Source of the DNA: an uncultured Actinomycetota bacterium
GTDB lineage: Bacteria; Actinomycetota; Humimicrobiia; Humimicrobiales; Humimicrobiaceae
Length of the DNA stretch: 64,000 bases
NCBI GenBank assembly: GCA_964601205.1
Contig: CAZRML010000010.1
Location: 8,649-72,648, forward strand
Reading direction: 5' to 3'
Shown: piece by piece, positions 10,209 through 20,171 of the stretch
How the letters are laid out: each line of letters opens with the position of its first letter
Numbering within the stretch: position 1 is the first letter of the stretch
The notes under the pieces: generated by a model
The model's database searches: none
Seen by the model: the letters and a program-made list of their open reading frames with translations, nothing else
Told to the model about the DNA's origin: nothing
Program-made: the position numbers and the translations under genes

Positions 10209-11762
10209 ATGAAATTAAATACTAATATGTATAATATTCTATATAATATACCGAATTACACTGACAGATACACTGAGATTATGAATAATTTAAACAGACA
10301 TTTTGAAAAAACTTATAGTACCGGTGAGATAAACGGGCCTGACGCTGCGGGAATAAGCAGAACTCCCCCTGTTACGGGCAACCGGGGTTATATAAAGCTA
10401 ACCGCAAAAATAACCGGAAATATAATAAGGGATATAAAATTTAAAGCAGAAGGTTGTAACCACACAAAAGCGGCGGCGGGTTGTCTTGCCGCTCTGGTTA
10501 AAAATAAAGATATACTTGATTCCACTCTTTTAACCGGAAAAGATATAGAACACCGTCTGGGAAAATTCCCTCCGGGGAAAAAGCATGTTCTTGATACTGC
10601 AATAAACGCCCTTAATAATCTTATTACAGATTATTTTTCGGGGCCCCTTTCTTCAAATATTTATAAAGAAAATAAGAATAAAGTAGTAGTAGCTATGAGT
10701 GGAGGTATTGACAGTTCAATGGCCGCAAAAATTTTAAAGGATAGGGGTCATCAACTAATAGGCGTAACCTTAAAATTACTTCCCGATGATTTTTACCGGA
10801 AAAAGCACAGAAACAATTTAATCCGGGAAAAAGATTTTAAAACAGCAAGGATGGTGGCATTAAAACTAAATATTCCCCATATAGTCCTGGATCTAACCCT
10901 GCCATTTAAGGATAAAATAATTGAGCCTTTCTACGCTAATTATATAAAAGGTCTCACCCCCAATCCCTGCGTGGAATGCAATAAGTATATTAAATTTGGG
11001 ATTCTTCTTGAAAAAGTTAAAAATTTTGGCGCGGCTTTTCTTGCTACCGGACACTATTGCAGGATTGAAAAATCAAAGGATTCAGGATTATACGAACTAA
11101 AAAAAGGCGCCGATGAAAATAAAGACCAGAGCTACATGCTTTGGAGACTGGGCCAGAAGCAGATATCAAAGATAAAAACCCCTCTGGGAGAATCTTCAAA
11201 AATTAACATAAAAAAGGAAACCAGAAAAATTTTCCCTTTCCTGGAAGAGAAAAATGAAAGCCAGGATATCTGTTTTATACCCGAAAATAATTATCATTCA
11301 TTCATAAAGTCCAGATTAATAAACATTAAAGAGGGGCTGATACTGGACACCGGGGGTAACATTATTGGTACCCATAAAGGATATTTTTTTTACACTATCG
11401 GACAGAGAAAAGGACTGGGCATAAGCCGCACTGAGCCTCTTTATGTAAAAGAGATATTACCGGATAAAAATATAATAGTAGCAGGCGATGAAAAAGATAT
11501 AATGCAAAAAACATTTAGTGTGACAAAAAGTAATTTTATTGCCGGAAACCCTCCCGGAAATATTTTCAGGGCAACGGTAAAAATAAGATATAAAAGCAAT
11601 GAATATCCAGCAGAAATAAAAATTACCGGCAAAAATACAGCTGCCATAATTTTCGATGAGTCGCAAAAAGCAATCACCCCGGGCCAATCTGCTGTTTTCT
11701 ATCATGGTGATATACTTTTAGGAGGAGGGGTAATTACAAAAATAGAATCTGATAGAGCCTGA
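10209..11762 (+). CDS. mnmA: tRNA-specific 2-thiouridylase MnmA fused to an N-terminal degenerate IscU/NifU-like domain
   Basis: The C-terminal ~360 aa carry the PP-loop VVAMSGGIDSS and the catalytic-Cys region NPCVECNKYIKFG of MnmA. The N-terminal ~150 aa align to the IscU pattern (IRDIKFKAEGCNHTKAAAGCLA; PPGKKHVLDTAINAL), but two of the three conserved cysteines are absent. Confidence 0.7.
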   Translation: MKLNTNMYNILYNIPNYTDRYTEIMNNLNRHFEKTYSTGEINGPDAAGISRTPPVTGNRGYIKLTAKITGNIIRDIKFKAEGCNHTKAAAGCLAALVKNKDILDSTLLTGKDIEHRLGKFPPGKKHVLDTAINALNNLITDYFSGPLSSNIYKENKNKVVVAMSGGIDSSMAAKILKDRGHQLIGVTLKLLPDDFYRKKHRNNLIREKDFKTARMVALKLNIPHIVLDLTLPFKDKIIEPFYANYIKGLTPNPCVECNKYIKFGILLEKVKNFGAAFLATGHYCRIEKSKDSGLYELKKGADENKDQSYMLWRLGQKQISKIKTPLGESSKINIKKETRKIFPFLEEKNESQDICFIPENNYHSFIKSRLINIKEGLILDTGGNIIGTHKGYFFYTIGQRKGLGISRTEPLYVKEILPDKNIIVAGDEKDIMQKTFSVTKSNFIAGNPPGNIFRATVKIRYKSNEYPAEIKITGKNTAAIIFDESQKAITPGQSAVFYHGDILLGGGVITKIESDRA

Positions 11763-11825
11763 ATAACTTTTGGAATAATAAACAATTCAACAACAAAAAA
11801 ATAAATAAAAAATTTTAAAATCCTA

Positions 11826-11854
11826 TTGACATAAATATTGGTATCTGCTATATT
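11826..11854 (+). promoter_or_regulatory. sigma-70-like promoter (TTGACA-17 nt-TATATT)
   Basis: TTGACA lies at 11826-11831, followed by a 17-nt spacer and TATATT at 11849-11854. This is a consensus -35 and a near-consensus -10 in an intergenic region. Confidence 0.45.
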
Positions 11855-11860
11855 AGGAGT

Positions 11861-12036
11861 TGCCTTGGAAAAGGAGGTAACTTTCAGAATTAACTGAAAT
11901 TTACAAACGAAAGAATGTAAAAAGTAAGTTTTAAATTCTAAAAGAACCTGAGAAAAGTTCTGAGGTTAAGGTCCCAAGATGTTAAGTAGCCTAAGGCGTG
12001 AGCTAAGGTAAAAGATAACTTGGGATCCTTTTTTTA
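11861..12036 (+). ncRNA. candidate small RNA or regulatory leader (~175 nt) of unknown family, from the promoter at 11826 to a hairpin plus T7 run near 12030
   Basis: A strong promoter lies immediately upstream. There is no ORF with a start codon. Internal stems include AGAAC/GTTCT and CCCAAG...CTTGGG. The motifs TAAGG/CTAAGG recur four times within 60 nt. The region ends GGGATCCTTTTTTT. ilvE starts 280 nt further on. Confidence 0.3.
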
Positions 12037-12315
12037 TATTAAGTTTTTCTTCATATCCATTTCAAAATTCCCGGAAGATAAATACTTTATTTTTATTTAC
12101 TTCCATAATTGCCGCCGCTTATCATAATTTTAATCACCATCCCCTGCAAACGGCTCCGGTATTAAACTGTAGATTATAAATATCAGATAAACCCGGCATC
12201 TTTTTTTATTCTTTTAAATAAAAATAATAAAAATTTCAATCTTAACCGTAAATTAATTGCAAAATAAAAGTAAAATAAGTAAAATAAAAAATTAAAATTT
12301 AAAAAAGAGGAAATC

Positions 12316-13236
12316 ATGGCTAATCCTGAATATGCTTTTTTTGAGGGAAAAATAATTCCAATCGGAGAAGCTAAAGTAGATATTAGAACCAATGCTCTCC
12401 AGTACGGAACGGCAGTTTTTGAAGGAATAAGAAGTTACTGGAACGAAAAAACAAAAACAAGTTATGTTTTTAGAATTAAGGACCATTATAAAAGGTTCCT
12501 TTCCAGCTGCAGGATAATGATGCTTGATATAAAATATTCTGTTGAAGAGCTCTCCAGCATAACTATAGAATTATTAAAGAAGGAAAAATACACAGAAGAT
12601 TGTTATATAAGACCATTTGCTTATAACAGCGGCCTGGACATAGGGCCTAAATTAGTTGGCAACAAACAGGACATTTTAATATATTCTATACCACTCGGTG
12701 AATACCTGGATATATCAAGACCCATAAATGTTTGTATATCTTCCTGGGAGCGCGTCTCAGATAACGCAATACCTCCCCGGGCAAAAATAGCCGGCTCTTA
12801 CGTAAATGCCGCATTCCAAAAAACAGAAGCTCTCCTTAACGGCTACGATGAAGCCCTTGTTCTGACAAATGATGGGAAACATGTAAGCGAAGGAAGTGCC
12901 ATGAATGTCTTCATGCTAAAAAATGGTAATTTAATCACCCCTCCCGTAACCGATGATATACTTGAAGGCATCACCCGTGATACAGTAATAAAACTTGCTG
13001 AAGAAGTCGAGAAAATTAAAGTCGTTGAACGGTCCATAGACCGGACAGAACTCTATATTGCCGATGAATTATTTTTCTGCGGAACAGGAGCCCAGATTTC
13101 ATCCATAGGAAGTGTTGATAAGCGGCCTGTTGGAGACGGGAAAATTGGCCCACTTACTAAAAGACTGCAGGAACTTTATTTTAATGTGGCAAAAAATGAA
13201 GTTGAAGAATATTCTAACTGGTGCACCAGAGTATAA
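12316..13236 (+). CDS. ilvE: branched-chain amino acid aminotransferase
   Basis: It is a fold-type IV PLP enzyme, 306 aa. Motifs include EGIRSY and FFCGTGAQISSIGSVD, typical of IlvE. Confidence 0.8.
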   Translation: MANPEYAFFEGKIIPIGEAKVDIRTNALQYGTAVFEGIRSYWNEKTKTSYVFRIKDHYKRFLSSCRIMMLDIKYSVEELSSITIELLKKEKYTEDCYIRPFAYNSGLDIGPKLVGNKQDILIYSIPLGEYLDISRPINVCISSWERVSDNAIPPRAKIAGSYVNAAFQKTEALLNGYDEALVLTNDGKHVSEGSAMNVFMLKNGNLITPPVTDDILEGITRDTVIKLAEEVEKIKVVERSIDRTELYIADELFFCGTGAQISSIGSVDKRPVGDGKIGPLTKRLQELYFNVAKNEVEEYSNWCTRV

Positions 13237-13347
13237 AAACTAATCTTTTTTAGGCCTATTTCTGAAATATATAACAACCTATAATTAACCTGCGTAGTAT
13301 ATATTTTTAAAAGATATCACCTGACACAAGAAATTGTTTTTGATACC

Positions 13348-16300
13348 CTAACCGTTCTTTTTGTTAATAATATTTGAACAAAATTCAGCATAATTACAGA
13401 ACTTCTTACAGCTGTTCTTGAAGTTAGCTTTAAAATTTTTATCTCTGATGTTTTTTATCTCGGCAAGAATATCCTTTTTCAGCTGTTTTATTTCATCACT
13501 ATTAACCGTAATTGATTTTTCTACCCCATCCCCCAGATAAAAAATGCATCCTTTTATATCACTTACCGGTTTACTGTAAATTTCTGATAACGCTGCTATA
13601 TAAGCTTTCATCTGGAACCCGGCAGAATTTTCGAGATTATTTTGATTTTTATTATTTTTATTTTTAGAATAAGAAGATAATTTATAATCAATAATCCTTA
13701 GCTTATTATCCGTCTTTATATCAACCCTATCAAACCTGCCAACAATATAGCAATCCTTGATCTTCCAGTAAAAAAGCTGCTCCAGCATTATTGAACTTAC
13801 TTCAGAAAAATTCCATAAATCACTGTTCAGAAAATTCTCCAGGTATTTTTCTATCTTTTTATCATCAAAATGGCCCATAACCTTTTCTTTTAAAATTTTA
13901 TTATGGAACCCGGTCAGAGTTATATTTTTTAAATACCCGTGGACTTCTTCTCCTCTGGCAAGTTGTTCGCTTTCTTTTTCAGGTATAAAATAAATATGTT
14001 TCCATCTGTATAGCAGCGGGCATTTTTTATGATCAATAATCCAGGTTAAAGGGAAAAATCTTCTGGTATTAATATTATCTTCTGGATAGCTTCCATAAGA
14101 TAATTCAAAATTAATTTTATCTACAATTTCCTGAACCCTGCTATTTTCTACCTGTGTATCCCCGGATTTTATAACCCTGTTTGCCAGAACCTTCTGATAA
14201 AGTTCCCACCGGTTCTCATCCTGTACCCTGATATTTTTACTATCTTTCTTATCAGAATTGATAAAGCTCAGGACATCTTTAAAGTTTTCATGATCTTTGT
14301 ATGATTTTTCATCGTAATTTGTTCTTATAAAATCCAGGCCTTCTTTATTTATAACCCTCAGGCTGTTACTGTTTACAATATCCTCAAAGAAAGGCATGAT
14401 TTCTTTTGGCTTAACGCTTTCACTGGCAGAAGCTAAATTATCTTCATATTCACTTGATGACAGAATGAGAATCTTCTTTGCTCTGCTGCATCCCACATAA
14501 AAAATTCTTCTTTCTTCTTCTATTTTTATATCTTTTAAAGACTCAGAAAAGCTCCTGGCACTATTAAAATCTTTTTTCCTCTTATATATGCTGTTATCTT
14601 TTCTCAGCTCTGAGGGGACCATAAATCCTCCGGACGAAATTCTTGCCTTATAATCATTTTTCCACAATCCCGGCAGGAAAACTACTTCAAATTCAAGCCC
14701 TTTAGCCGCGTGGATGCTCATTATTTTTACAGAATTCTCGCCTGAAAATTCCACGCTTTCCGGGTCATCATAATCTGTTTTCGCAACATCTTTAAGAAAA
14801 GTTATAAAGGCCCTAAGATTATTTTCTATATAACTTTTCTGAAAGTCAGAGGCCACTCTTATAATATTCTCAATATTTTTAATTTTTTTCCGGAATACTG
14901 GACCGGGACTTGATTTTAATTCATTTATTATGCCCGAATCTTCTATAATCAAGCTGATTAATTCCCTAAGCTCCAATTCTCCTGATTTACTTATATAAAG
15001 CTTCAGACTGGAAAGAAAACTGCCCAATCTTTCTTTTGTCTCTCTACTTAAATAAGTATTCTTTTTATAATCTGCTATCCCTTCAATTATATTTATACTT
15101 TCACTGGGATCCGTGTAATTTCTTTTAATAAAAAAAATATCCCTGTCGCAAATTTTATATTTTTCTGATTTAAGCAGATACACTATTGATATCTCATCAT
15201 TTATATTCTCTATAACCCTGAGCCATGAAATAATAAATAAAATCTCCGGCTCAAAGAAAAAATTCTTTCCCCCTATCAGCTCAAATTTAATACCGTTAGC
15301 TTCCAGTTCCCCGGTAATCTTTTCAAACTTTTTCCTTCTGGCAAGAATAGCCATTTGCTTTAATTTAATCCCTCCTGCCGACAGATACTTTATAATCCCT
15401 GCAATCTCCGCTGCCTCTTCCTCATGAGTTTTCTTATAATAAAATATAACCTCTGAGGGTTTACTTTTATCTTCAGACTTTAGCTCTTTTTTAAATCTTT
15501 TACTATTTGAAGAAATAACCCTGTTTATTGAGTTTATGATGTTATTCCCGGATCTGAAATTAGTGGTAAGAAAAAAATCATGCACATTACTGTTCTTAAA
15601 TTCTTCAAGCCTGTGAAAATTTAATATGTTCTCCACGCTGGCTCCCCGAAAAGAATAAATACCCTGGTCATCATCTCCCACAACCACTATTCTGTTGTTT
15701 CCGGGTTTATAAAGCATGGATAGAAGGTATGCCTGTGCTATATTGGTATCCTGGAATTCATCAACAAATATATATTCATATCTCTGCTGGTACCAGGCTC
15801 TCATTGACTTTCTCTCCCGGAGTAAAAGATAAGGCATAAATACCTGGTCGGGGTAATCTATACAATTACTTTCAATCTTCCTTCTTTCATATCGCTGATA
15901 AATAGTGAAAAGCTCTCGCTGGATATCTATTGATTTTTCTTCTTCATTTTTTAGAGCCTTACTTTTGTATCCGGAAAGAATTTTTTCATAATTATTTAGA
16001 TAATATTCAAATTCAGCCACAGATATAAGGTTGTTCTTTAAATTTTCTATGTAATTAAGTAACTTCTGAACGAATTCTCCAGCCTTTTTCCCGGGTTTTA
16101 AATACTTTAGATTGGACTCATTAAATATTTCATATAATATCTGCCAGGACTGGCTGTTATTTATAATTTTAAAATCTTTCCCTAGGCCAAACTCAAAACT
16201 GTGCTCGCTTATTATTTCATTTCCAAAAGAATTAAAGGTGAATACATTAATTCCTTCTATGTCTATGTCTTTCTTAACATTTTCCTTAATTCTTACTCTC

Positions 16301-16491
16301 ATATTCTCAGCAGCATTTCGGGTGAAAGTAAGCGCAAGTATTTTATCCGGACTGCATAACCCATCCTTTAGAATTTTTATAATATTACCGGTCAGAACCA
16401 TTGTTTTGCCGGAACCCGCACAGGCAATTATTCTTTTTATATCATCTGTGCTATTTACTATATCAAGCTGTTCTTTTGTTTCTTTAACCAT
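13348..16491 (-). CDS. addA: AddA/AdnB-like helicase-nuclease subunit (active UvrD/PcrA-type motor + C-terminal PD-(D/E)xK nuclease with Cys cluster)
   Basis: Walker A CAGSGKT is present, with motif Ia LTFTRNAAENM and motif II DEFQDTN. The C-terminal region has C-x3-C-x5-C (CKKFCNYAEFC). The likely ATG at 16491 overlaps the upstream gene's stop by 8 nt. The track's start at 16521 is a GTG. Confidence 0.65.
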   Translation of the reverse strand: MVKETKEQLDIVNSTDDIKRIIACAGSGKTMVLTGNIIKILKDGLCSPDKILALTFTRNAAENMRVRIKENVKKDIDIEGINVFTFNSFGNEIISEHSFEFGLGKDFKIINNSQSWQILYEIFNESNLKYLKPGKKAGEFVQKLLNYIENLKNNLISVAEFEYYLNNYEKILSGYKSKALKNEEEKSIDIQRELFTIYQRYERRKIESNCIDYPDQVFMPYLLLRERKSMRAWYQQRYEYIFVDEFQDTNIAQAYLLSMLYKPGNNRIVVVGDDDQGIYSFRGASVENILNFHRLEEFKNSNVHDFFLTTNFRSGNNIINSINRVISSNSKRFKKELKSEDKSKPSEVIFYYKKTHEEEAAEIAGIIKYLSAGGIKLKQMAILARRKKFEKITGELEANGIKFELIGGKNFFFEPEILFIISWLRVIENINDEISIVYLLKSEKYKICDRDIFFIKRNYTDPSESINIIEGIADYKKNTYLSRETKERLGSFLSSLKLYISKSGELELRELISLIIEDSGIINELKSSPGPVFRKKIKNIENIIRVASDFQKSYIENNLRAFITFLKDVAKTDYDDPESVEFSGENSVKIMSIHAAKGLEFEVVFLPGLWKNDYKARISSGGFMVPSELRKDNSIYKRKKDFNSARSFSESLKDIKIEEERRIFYVGCSRAKKILILSSSEYEDNLASASESVKPKEIMPFFEDIVNSNSLRVINKEGLDFIRTNYDEKSYKDHENFKDVLSFINSDKKDSKNIRVQDENRWELYQKVLANRVIKSGDTQVENSRVQEIVDKINFELSYGSYPEDNINTRRFFPLTWIIDHKKCPLLYRWKHIYFIPEKESEQLARGEEVHGYLKNITLTGFHNKILKEKVMGHFDDKKIEKYLENFLNSDLWNFSEVSSIMLEQLFYWKIKDCYIVGRFDRVDIKTDNKLRIIDYKLSSYSKNKNNKNQNNLENSAGFQMKAYIAALSEIYSKPVSDIKGCIFYLGDGVEKSITVNSDEIKQLKKDILAEIKNIRDKNFKANFKNSCKKFCNYAEFCSNIINKKNG

Positions 16492-19400
16492 AGTATTTTG
16501 GACATAAAATCTTAAATCCACAATTTAAACATGAATTATAACTTTTCGGTATGGCATTAAATTCTTCCTTCTTTATTTTAGCAATGCTCTCCCTCAGAAT
16601 ATCTTTAATTTCATTACCCTCATAATACTCATCGGCCACCACTGCCACTGGCTTCTTTAAATCTCCAGGGAAAATATATTGCATCTTTACACTCATAGAT
16701 TTAAAATCCCCGAAGTCTTTGCTCAGGCTCAGAGCCAGTCTGTACATTTTTAACTGAAGCTCTTCTCTAAGTTGCTTTTCATTATACGAAGATGAACTGG
16801 ATTTATAATCCACAAGCTCTATATTGTCTTTATCAGGAAAGTTAATCTGGTCTATCCTTCCAGTAATTTTTTCACCATCAAGACTAAAAGAAAATCCTTT
16901 CTCAACTATGGACTTATGGGGATTGGGAGGCATTTGGTTCTCAAAAAAATTTTTTAATTGTATCAGCGCTTTCTGTTTTAGATCCCTTTTTAAAAATTCA
17001 AATTCAAAATTAAACCTGTCAAATACATCCTCTATTATTTTCCTCAACCTCTCCCATTTGAAGTCTTTTTTATTTTTACTTTCAAAAAACAATTTTATTA
17101 TCTGGTGATAAATTTTCCCTATAATGAGGCTCAGGTTTTCCTCCTCCTTTAAACTAAAGTAATACTTTATCTTGTATTTAAAAGGGCATTCCCTGAAAGT
17201 ATTTATGCCACTGTAAGAAAATGATAATGGAAGTGCGCTGAAAGGGTTTTTATTATTTTTGGTAGGCTCAATAAAGCTCCACCACTCGCGGGGATTATAA
17301 AAATATTTTAAAATAATAATTTTATCCAGATAGCTATCATTTTCAACTTTTAAGTTTTTTTCTATCCTGGCAGAGGCAACCAGTGCCTTTTTTCTTACCA
17401 GCCACAAATTATTTAAATCTACATCAGACAGTATCCCTGGTTTAATTTTTTTCTTATCTTCAGGTGGCTTTTTTTTACTATTCTCTTCTTCTTTCTTTAT
17501 GTATTCATTACGCACGGAATTTTTAATTTTCTTATATTCAGGACCTAAATTTTTATAGATATCTTTTATATTCTCAAAGAAAATAGACTTCCCTCTTCCG
17601 CTTGAAGTTATATATAGATATTCTCCCGCCCTCGTGATTCCATTATAAAAAAGCCTCATTTCGTTATAAAGATGCTCTCTTTTTAGCTCTTCGGGCTCAA
17701 GAGTTTTTGCACCATTTAAATAATTAAATATCTGTACATCAAAAGCCTGGGTATAGGTAAACTTTGCAGGTAAGTAATTTTTGTTAATAAAAGGTATAAA
17801 TACGGCCCTGAATTCCAGTCCCTTGCACTGGTGAAAACTTAAGATACTGACTGAACCCTCCTGTATTATATCTTTTGTACTTTCTTCTATCTCTTCTGTA
17901 AATTTACTTTCTAAAATATAATCAATAAAATTAATATATGATTCAACATCATCGGGAGTATTATTGGCACAAAAATCTTTTACATCACTTAAAAAATCAC
18001 TTACATTACTCCACTGGTTTTTTTTATAGACCTTATTGTTGCCTCCTGTCAATAACTTAATGACACCTGCTTTTTTATTACGTACGAGCTCCAGTAAAAA
18101 ACCAAAAGCATCTTTTCTCTCCATGACCCCTGCCAATTTATAAACTTCCGAAATAAAGTCCCTGACTTTAGAAATCTCTTCATGCTCGCCATTCTTTTTA
18201 TTTCCCCGGGCACATTGAACTTTAAGATAATCCCACAGATTGCTGAAACCACCGCCACTGTTGACACTTTCCAGATAAGCTCCCTTAATCTTTTTAAAAT
18301 ATAATGGTTCCAGGTTTATTGATTCAGAGAGTACCACATTTTCCAGAAGATTATCAATTTTAGAAGTAAATTCTTTATCCATTTTATAATTAGGTTTACT
18401 GCTATTCTTATCATCCTCTGGAATTTTTCTGCCCGTATATTCTACTTTTCCCAGCGCGACAAGGAATCTTAAAAAGTTCAGCAGATATCTGACAAGCCCG
18501 TTATCAAGAATGCTTCTTGTCCCCCTTCTCAAAAAGGGAATTCCATTCTGCAACAGGGCATTTTCAATAATATGTGTCTCGTAGCCCAGCCCTTTGACAA
18601 TTATCGCCATTTCCTCAAATCTTACATCCCTGCTCAGTAATAGAAACTTAATTCTGCGACAGATGTAATTAGCTTCTTCCAGTAACGTTTGAAATTCCTT
18701 AACATGTAATTCGCCGGGGGATTTACTATAAGAAACACTGATATCTCTGGGTATTCTATTTCCAACCATGCTTATAAATTTTCTGGAGATTTCATTTATT
18801 ATGGGTATACTTCTGTAGTTCTTATTCAGGAAAAATATATTTTTAGAATCAAGACTGCTGTAAACTGATTCAAAAATATTCGTTGTAGAGCCTCTGAAAG
18901 AATAAATTGACTGGTCATTATTTCCAAAAAAAATACAGTTTGAATTTGAAATATAATTTATAATTTCAAATTGAGCCTTATTTACCTCATGAAGTTCATC
19001 AACCAGTATATATTCATAATTATCTTTATAGTAATCTCTTATTTCTTTCTGATTCTTAAGCAAGCTAACCGTTTCTTCCAGTAACATCCCGTAATTGTAC
19101 AGTTGATTTTTTTTGAGCTCTTCAACATATCTCATGTATATACCTGCCAGTTCTGAAAGCGCAGGATTTGAAAATGGTGTAAATTTCTTTAGCAGTTCTG
19201 CGGGAGTAAACAGGTTTTCCTGGGCACGAAGTATAAAATCAAATACCTCCTGGATGTAGCTATTTTCTATATAAGGATTGCGGTTTATATACCTGTATGT
19301 ATGGGAATATTTTCTTTTATCAAGTTTTTTTATAACTTCTTTAAGAAGTTTCCATTGCTGGACCGAATTTAATATTTTTATTTGTCCAAAGGGATTATCT

Positions 19401-19738
19401 CCGCTATTAATCCTTAAAGATTTATTACCCTTTGTCCCGTCACCGTATAAAAAAACTTTTGCTTCCTCTATAAAATGTGTACAAAAAGAATGAAATGTTT
19501 CTATGGGAATCTCAAATATACTACTGTTGATTAAAGAAGTCGTTTTTTCCCTGATTAATTTGGACCACCTGCGATTAAAACAAAAAACTAAAAGCTTTTC
19601 AGGATTTATCTTTCTGTCATTAATTAGATACCCGACCAGTTCTAAAAGTGTATGGGTCTTACCGGAACCGGGGGGACCAATTACCAGAAAACTGCCCCCT
19701 TTTTTCTTAATAACATCTATCAGTCTATCATCCAGCAT
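16484..19738 (-). CDS. addB: AddB/AdnA-like helicase-nuclease subunit (degenerate helicase motifs, C-terminal RecB-type nuclease with Fe-S-type Cys cluster)
   Basis: Walker A GPPGSGKT is present but motif II is degenerate (VDELHE). The C-terminus CLNCGFKILC is C-x2-C-x5-C, typical of AddB Fe-S nuclease domains. It is translationally coupled to the downstream subunit. Confidence 0.6.
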   Translation of the reverse strand: MLDDRLIDVIKKKGGSFLVIGPPGSGKTHTLLELVGYLINDRKINPEKLLVFCFNRRWSKLIREKTTSLINSSIFEIPIETFHSFCTHFIEEAKVFLYGDGTKGNKSLRINSGDNPFGQIKILNSVQQWKLLKEVIKKLDKRKYSHTYRYINRNPYIENSYIQEVFDFILRAQENLFTPAELLKKFTPFSNPALSELAGIYMRYVEELKKNQLYNYGMLLEETVSLLKNQKEIRDYYKDNYEYILVDELHEVNKAQFEIINYISNSNCIFFGNNDQSIYSFRGSTTNIFESVYSSLDSKNIFFLNKNYRSIPIINEISRKFISMVGNRIPRDISVSYSKSPGELHVKEFQTLLEEANYICRRIKFLLLSRDVRFEEMAIIVKGLGYETHIIENALLQNGIPFLRRGTRSILDNGLVRYLLNFLRFLVALGKVEYTGRKIPEDDKNSSKPNYKMDKEFTSKIDNLLENVVLSESINLEPLYFKKIKGAYLESVNSGGGFSNLWDYLKVQCARGNKKNGEHEEISKVRDFISEVYKLAGVMERKDAFGFLLELVRNKKAGVIKLLTGGNNKVYKKNQWSNVSDFLSDVKDFCANNTPDDVESYINFIDYILESKFTEEIEESTKDIIQEGSVSILSFHQCKGLEFRAVFIPFINKNYLPAKFTYTQAFDVQIFNYLNGAKTLEPEELKREHLYNEMRLFYNGITRAGEYLYITSSGRGKSIFFENIKDIYKNLGPEYKKIKNSVRNEYIKKEEENSKKKPPEDKKKIKPGILSDVDLNNLWLVRKKALVASARIEKNLKVENDSYLDKIIILKYFYNPREWWSFIEPTKNNKNPFSALPLSFSYSGINTFRECPFKYKIKYYFSLKEEENLSLIIGKIYHQIIKLFFESKNKKDFKWERLRKIIEDVFDRFNFEFEFLKRDLKQKALIQLKNFFENQMPPNPHKSIVEKGFSFSLDGEKITGRIDQINFPDKDNIELVDYKSSSSSYNEKQLREELQLKMYRLALSLSKDFGDFKSMSVKMQYIFPGDLKKPVAVVADEYYEGNEIKDILRESIAKIKKEEFNAIPKSYNSCLNCGFKILCPKYYG

Positions 19739-19741
19739 TAA

Positions 19742-19930
19742 TTACTTGGCATTAATTTGCTTAAGCTCAATTAATATTTCTTTTAAAAGAGTTAATTGAA
19801 GTCTCCTGAAATCAATATCACTTGAAAGTTTTGCCCACTTCCTCGGATTTCCCTCGGGTATATATTTATCAAGTTCCGATAGTATATCTGCCATATCATG
19901 CACTCCCTTCCTTACAACCAGTCCATTCAA
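19742..19930 (-). CDS. hypothetical 62-aa protein translationally coupled to the front of addB
   Basis: It is an ORF with ATG. Its stop TAA lies 3 nt before the addB ATG. It is predicted helical and charged, with no recognisable family. Confidence 0.25.
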   Translation of the reverse strand: MNGLVVRKGVHDMADILSELDKYIPEGNPRKWAKLSSDIDFRRLQLTLLKEILIELKQINAK

Positions 19931-20080
19931 TCCTGACGCGCCGGCTTATTTTATTCATTAAAAACTTTTTTTATATTACCTATAAACAAGACCCTTGAAA
20001 TTTAATTAATATCTGCTTAATTTTAAAATATGATCTTTATGTCAAAAAAATTTAACCCCGGATTTTTCCTTATTTCCTGA

Positions 20081-20154
20081 TGGAGCGGGCTACGGGAATT
20101 GAACCCGCCTCCTGAGCTTGGGAAGCTCATGTACTACCGCTGTACTAAGCCCGC
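20081..20154 (-). tRNA. tRNA-Gly (anticodon CCC), CCA encoded
   Basis: The reverse complement folds as a cloverleaf. The acceptor stem is GCGGGCT/AGCCCGC. The D arm is GTAC-AGCGGTA-GTAC. The anticodon stem is TGAGC/GCTCA with loop TTCCCAA. The T arm is GCGGG-TTCAATT-CCCGT. Discriminator U is followed by CCA. Confidence 0.85.
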
Positions 20155-20171
20155 TTTACAATATATCTTCT

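Noticed and set aside
12183-12486. Two minus-strand ORFs of 64-69 aa
   Set aside because: They lie in an AT-rich intergenic or promoter region and antisense to the ilvE start. Their translations are Phe/Leu/Lys-rich, and they have no RBS.
16491-16521. Track start of addA at 16521
   Set aside because: That codon is GTG. The ATG at 16491 overlaps the addB stop in the classic ATGnTAA-type coupling arrangement and gives MVKETKEQ...
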